The position numbers and the translations under genes are program-made. The notes under the pieces are model-generated. The model did not search any database, was not told the origin of the DNA, and saw nothing but the letters and a program-made list of their open reading frames with translations. From Cycas panzhihuaensis (taxonomy: Eukaryota; Plantae; Cycadophyta), in assembly GCA_023213395.1 (NCBI GenBank), contig CM041465.1, positions 227,547,741 to 227,611,740 of the forward strand: a stretch of DNA of 64,000 nucleotides, read 5' to 3'. Positions within the stretch are counted from its first letter, which is position 1; each line of letters begins with the position of its first letter. Positions 56,481 to 64,000 of this stretch are shown in pieces.

Positions 56481-57289
56481 TTTGGAAAAATATAGATTTA
56501 AGTAGTTTGGAGATCAATACGATAGGTAGGATATTGAAATTAAGTACTTGAAATGGATAGAACCACATGGGGATCTTAAGATGTGCAAGATCTTAGAAGG
56601 GGGCAAGCCCCTAAAAGCCTTATGTCCCTAGAAGGAGTCAAAGAGGAATCTAATATACTTAAATAGCTAGTTGTTTATTAAGTAAGATTAGTTTCATTTG
56701 GTAAAAAACTTGTTTTCTTCATGATATATTATGTAAATATAGGATATATTTTATATTTATATAATCTACTAGGAGTATGATACAAATTATATAAGTTTCC
56801 TTTTAAAGATTCATGTCACTTCATCTTCTTCTTTTATAAACCTATTTCCATTAGTTTCAGATGGTTTTAAGTTTATAAAAATAAAATAGGTAAACCTTTC
56901 ACTTGCTCCTTTTTATCTATTGTTTATTTTCTTTTCTTTATTTCTTACTCATAATCTATTTCTTTCCTAAGTTGTTGCGCTTTGAAATGAGTATAAACTA
57001 TCGTGTACTCTGGAATAAGTATAAACTATCATGTATATATCATAATTAAAAAAAAAAGTATATAACCGTGAAAGAGCAAAAAAAGTAAAAAAATGATAAA
57101 GTTATTACATGTTTCTTTGGATAGTCATACTAATGAATATATCCTATGCTCAAATTCAAAATAGGAATAAGGGGGAAAAGGATTTAGAGACAAGTATTCG
57201 TACATAAGATTTTAAGAAAAATGATCAATATATATACATGATAATAAAAAGTATAGTACATTTGTCACTCAGGTGAGTCATGATACATA

Positions 57290-59427
57290 TTGAGGCTCAA
57301 AAAATACCTCTCATCTCTCTCTTATCTCCCTATATAACATATAATATACTCATCCCTTAGACTCCTGATGAGATCTTTGTGCGACACCTAGATCTACTCT
57401 CTCCATCCTACCTAAAGTCTCCCTATGTGTAGACTTACCATGAGGTGTAAGGTGGTGTCATCCATACTATATTGTGATACTTTCTAATGGAGTATACCAT
57501 ACTTCCACCTAAGCCAATGCCATCCTCTATAAGTGTCATCTCTTATCCTTGCCTACCTTGAGCTCTAGCTCTCGCATCCTCAGTTTTGCCCTCATGTCTA
57601 TATAAAGATCTCAAGTTTAAAGTGCATGGCTATAATACTCAATATGATGTCCCAACAACCTATGATCCACTATGTTCCATGTTGGTGCCTCCTTCAATCT
57701 TGGAACATAAGAGAATATCACCTATAAGGTCCTCTGAACCTCCTTTAAGGTCACCATCTCATCACTTGTTTGATGAAAACATATAACTCGTGATCAATAC
57801 CCTGGAATAGAAAGTCCTTAGAAAATAAAAGTATGACATCATATGAGAAATAAATTAATTAAATAACATACTTGGTGATCCTCCTCTTCTTGTTGGCTTT
57901 GCTCCAATCACCTCCTTAATTGGTGGTCCTCCTACCTCCTGTGGCTCATAGGGAGCTCCCTGGGTGGCCTCACCCTCACCTGCTCTGCTCCCTCCACCTC
58001 TACCCTGGCCATTTGTTGAGCCTAGATCCATGCTCTGTATGGAGCCTCTACTACCCTCCACAGGTGCTTTGTATACTTCCTTGAGAACTTGATGACTCCC
58101 TGTTACTCCCCCACTAAATGAGAAACCTTTGCCTCCTCACCCTACCTCTTCACTACCTCTTCTAACTTTCCCACCTCATCCTCCTCTGTCTTATCCTCTC
58201 CCTCTCCCTTGTCTAGCCATGGGAGCCTCCTCTACTACTTCCCTCTCTACAACATCCATATCATCATCACTTCAGATCAGTAGCCCTACATAAGCATCCT
58301 CCATGAGCTATCTCCTTATCACCCTACTGAAGACATGGCTATGTATAGTCCTCATCATGATAGCTAGCCTATTATAGATTTACGATCTCATGTGCCACTT
58401 ATTCATCCCTGGGTCCATCATCATTAACTCTCCTAGCTTGCCTCTTGGTCTCATTAATAGAACATAATCATACAACCAACACATTAATATAGAGCTATAT
58501 GAGAACCCTCCTCTCCCCATCCTCATGATCCTAGATAACTTATGACTAATGCTATCCACTATGTACTACCTCCAGTTGATCCAGATCCCTTACTCACATC
58601 TCCTCACTACTTAAGTCTACTAAGCTAGAACCCCTATGAAATTATGGGTTTTGGATATCCTGTAAATAATGATAAGAGAAATGATCCTCCTAGCCATAAG
58701 AATGTTACCTACTATCTGAATCACCTCCACTGATATCCCATGCTAGTTGATTTGGTCACTAAATCCCATCAAGTACTTACTACACCCTATCTAGGACTCC
58801 TCATCAGTCACTTTGATGAGTCTGATTCACTCTCCATGCTAATTGACCCTCGAGATCTACTCCACATCCTTTGGAATGATCTAAATCTCTCTAATGGCTT
58901 GTATCTAAAATACATTGTGTCCCAAGACACAATAATTGATAAAATTATGCAAAACTTCATGCTCCATGACAAGCTAGGTAGATCCACTCACTCGTGAGAG
59001 GCCACATGCTCTCAAAATCCCTTATCCTACCTTGTCCAATTAGCTTATGGGCTCCCTCATGGCCATTCCTTTATTTTCTTGCATCTCCACTCTCTCTAAG
59101 GCCTGCATCGCATTATTAAATTCATGTTAGTATCATCATTTTATTAAAAAAAAAAAATTAGTGTTTGATTGAGTAAAGGTCCAAAAGTATAACTAGATAA
59201 CTAAAAACATGATTTTACAATTGAAAAACATGACTTCATAGTAAAAAATATGATTTCCTCTAACAATCCCAAATTATAAAGTTACATTTTAAACTCTATA
59301 ATCACATTTTTTGCTAATTAATTGTGTTTTTAGTGTAGTAGTTGTGATTTTCACACTCTAACATCACATTTTTTATTTAAAAAAAAAAAAGCTTTTGACT
59401 CACCAGATATCTGGTTCTTTGCTCCAT
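57290..59427 (-). pseudogene. Antisense extra gene in the 3' region of the Tat element, possibly plant-mobile-domain-like, with two putative introns
   Basis: ATG at 59427 (MEQRTRYL), GTGAGT donor at 59403, CTAAC branch-like site, TGCAG acceptor at 59103, and in-frame continuation ALERVEM...GILRACGL. Later WINWR*YIVDSISHKL...GGFSYSSILMCWLYDYV. Second intron-like stretch GTATGT(57871)...TTCTATTCCAG(57802). E/G/R-rich and coiled-coil-like C-terminus; 3' end approximate. Confidence 0.5.
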
Positions 59428-59865
59428 CCTGATAATGATGATGATCCCCTAGGGTTAGTCCTTCGTCAAAATGGGCTCTTAAATGCCTCAAAAATAAGAA
59501 GAATGACCTCTAGTTATCCCCCTTCTTCTCCTCCCTCTTGTAAAAAAGAAACCCCTTTTTATCCATTTTTTTACAAATAGGGAGGGGTTTTTCTTTGTTT
59601 TCCTTGATAGAATTTTTTCTAGTACTCATGAGATCTATCAAAGCAAAATATATTCTTTTTCAATCATTATTATCATCAAAATTACTTGTAAATACCCAAA
59701 ATTATATATATTTAACTTGATAAGGGTTAATTATTAGTTTAATGCTTGATTATATTCATTAGAGCTCATCTTCCCTTTGGAGATATGATCTATTACCTTG
59801 GGTTCTTCATTTTTTACAAATTTTTGGTATTTGTATTTGAAGGATAATGTTTCAAGCCTTCTTTT

Positions 59866-60186
59866 TCTTATTGATAAGCTTAAACTATGATAGGAACTTA
59901 GCTTTGAATCTCCTTTTACCTGTTGATAAGCTTAAACTATGATAGGGTCATGCTCTGAACCTCCTTTCACTTATTAATGAGCTAAAACTATGATAGAATT
60001 GATGCTTCAAGTCCCTTCTACCTATTAATGAGCCTAAACTATAATAGGGAACCCTCTAAATTTGATTATTAATGAGGCTAAACTATGATAATCGACCTCC
60101 AAAAGCCCTCACCCCATTAATGAGGCTAATCTATGATGGGTTTGCCCTAAAAAGTCACCTATTAATGAGCTTATAAACTATGATAG
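59866..60186. repeat. Array of 7 hairpin units with a conserved ~26 bp core and variable 18-26 bp linkers
   Basis: Core tRttRatRagNNtaaactatgatRg at ~59869, 59921, 59972, 60023, 60067, 60115 and 60160. Confidence 0.9.
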
Positions 60187-60245
60187 TCCATTCTTTTTAC
60201 TCTAGTAAAAGGACTTTCCTCTGATGTATGGTTAAAGAGAGATAA

Positions 60246-60625
60246 ACCATGACTAGTTATATGGTAAAGTCCCATCCAATCTATGGGCAATAGGTAGTGT
60301 TTATTTAGTGGTGAAGTCCCATCTAGTTCATGGGCATTTTGGTAGTGAAGACCCATCTAGTTTGTGGACATTAGACAGATTTTCTTCAATAGATAAATAC
60401 CTAGTCCTTTTAGGTAGGTTCCTAGTGTTGATAGATACCTAGTCCTTTTGAGTATGTTTATGGTAGTATTGATGGATACTCAGTCCTTTTGGGTAGGTTT
60501 TTAGTGACAATAGATACCTAATCCTTTTGGGTAGGTTTATGGTGACGATAGATGCCTAGTCCTTTTAGCAAGAGATGTAAATAGTGACATTTTGGTATTG
60601 GGAACCCAGTCTTTTTGGGTAGATT
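60246..60625. repeat. Two further short tandem arrays: CCAT-ctagttN-ATGG units (x4), then ~38-40 bp TACCYA-gtccttt-TRGGTA units (x6)
   Basis: Directly visible just upstream of the PPT. Confidence 0.85.
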
Positions 60626-60825
60626 TTCTACCAAGAACTTTTTAGTCTTATTATCATAGAAGATTTGGTTTAGGATAGATCATAGGGCCTCTTCATCACA
60701 TTGTCCATATACTTTATTTAATTCCTATCACGTTTGATAGAAAGAATGGTTACTGTCATGATTGCCACCTCTCACCATCTCATTTCTCTTCTTAGAATAG
60801 GAGTTTCAGGTGTCAAGGGGATAGT

Positions 60826-64000
<3,175 letters not shown>

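Noticed and set aside
59866-60186. CRISPR array (conserved ~26 bp repeat with variable spacers)
   Set aside because: Eukaryotic retroelement context, no cas genes, degenerate repeats, and the first linkers are related to each other (gctttgaatctccttttacc, gctctgaacctcctttcact).

Overview
AT-rich, CpG/CHG-depleted plant intergenic DNA (a large-genome, probably gymnosperm-type plant, by inference) made almost entirely of old, nested, decayed retroelements. I found no intact host gene, RNA gene or CRISPR array. In order: the 3' end of a Tat-like Gypsy element (archaeal-type RNase H, 1.3 kb TA/CA microsatellite, PPT, ~3.1 kb LTR 'B'); a minus-strand Met-primed LTR; poorly resolved Gypsy debris; a 3'-truncated L1 LINE; a Tat-like pol interrupted by a full-length Copia (420 bp LTRs, perfect AATCC TSD) that carries an antisense ~0.5 kb fragment of the host purine gene PUR4/purL just after its PBS; a minus-strand chromovirus; two older LTR 'A' Tat copies, one holding a non-autonomous gag-only Copia-like element; and a >21 kb Tat-like element running off the window end. 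That last element has composite LTRs (LTR-A + PBS remnant + LTR-B) at both ends, an aRH ORF downstream of integrase, an apparently spliced antisense extra gene, and arrays of hairpins with conserved loops and covarying stems. All calls were made by eye. Boundaries marked approximate may be off by tens of bases.
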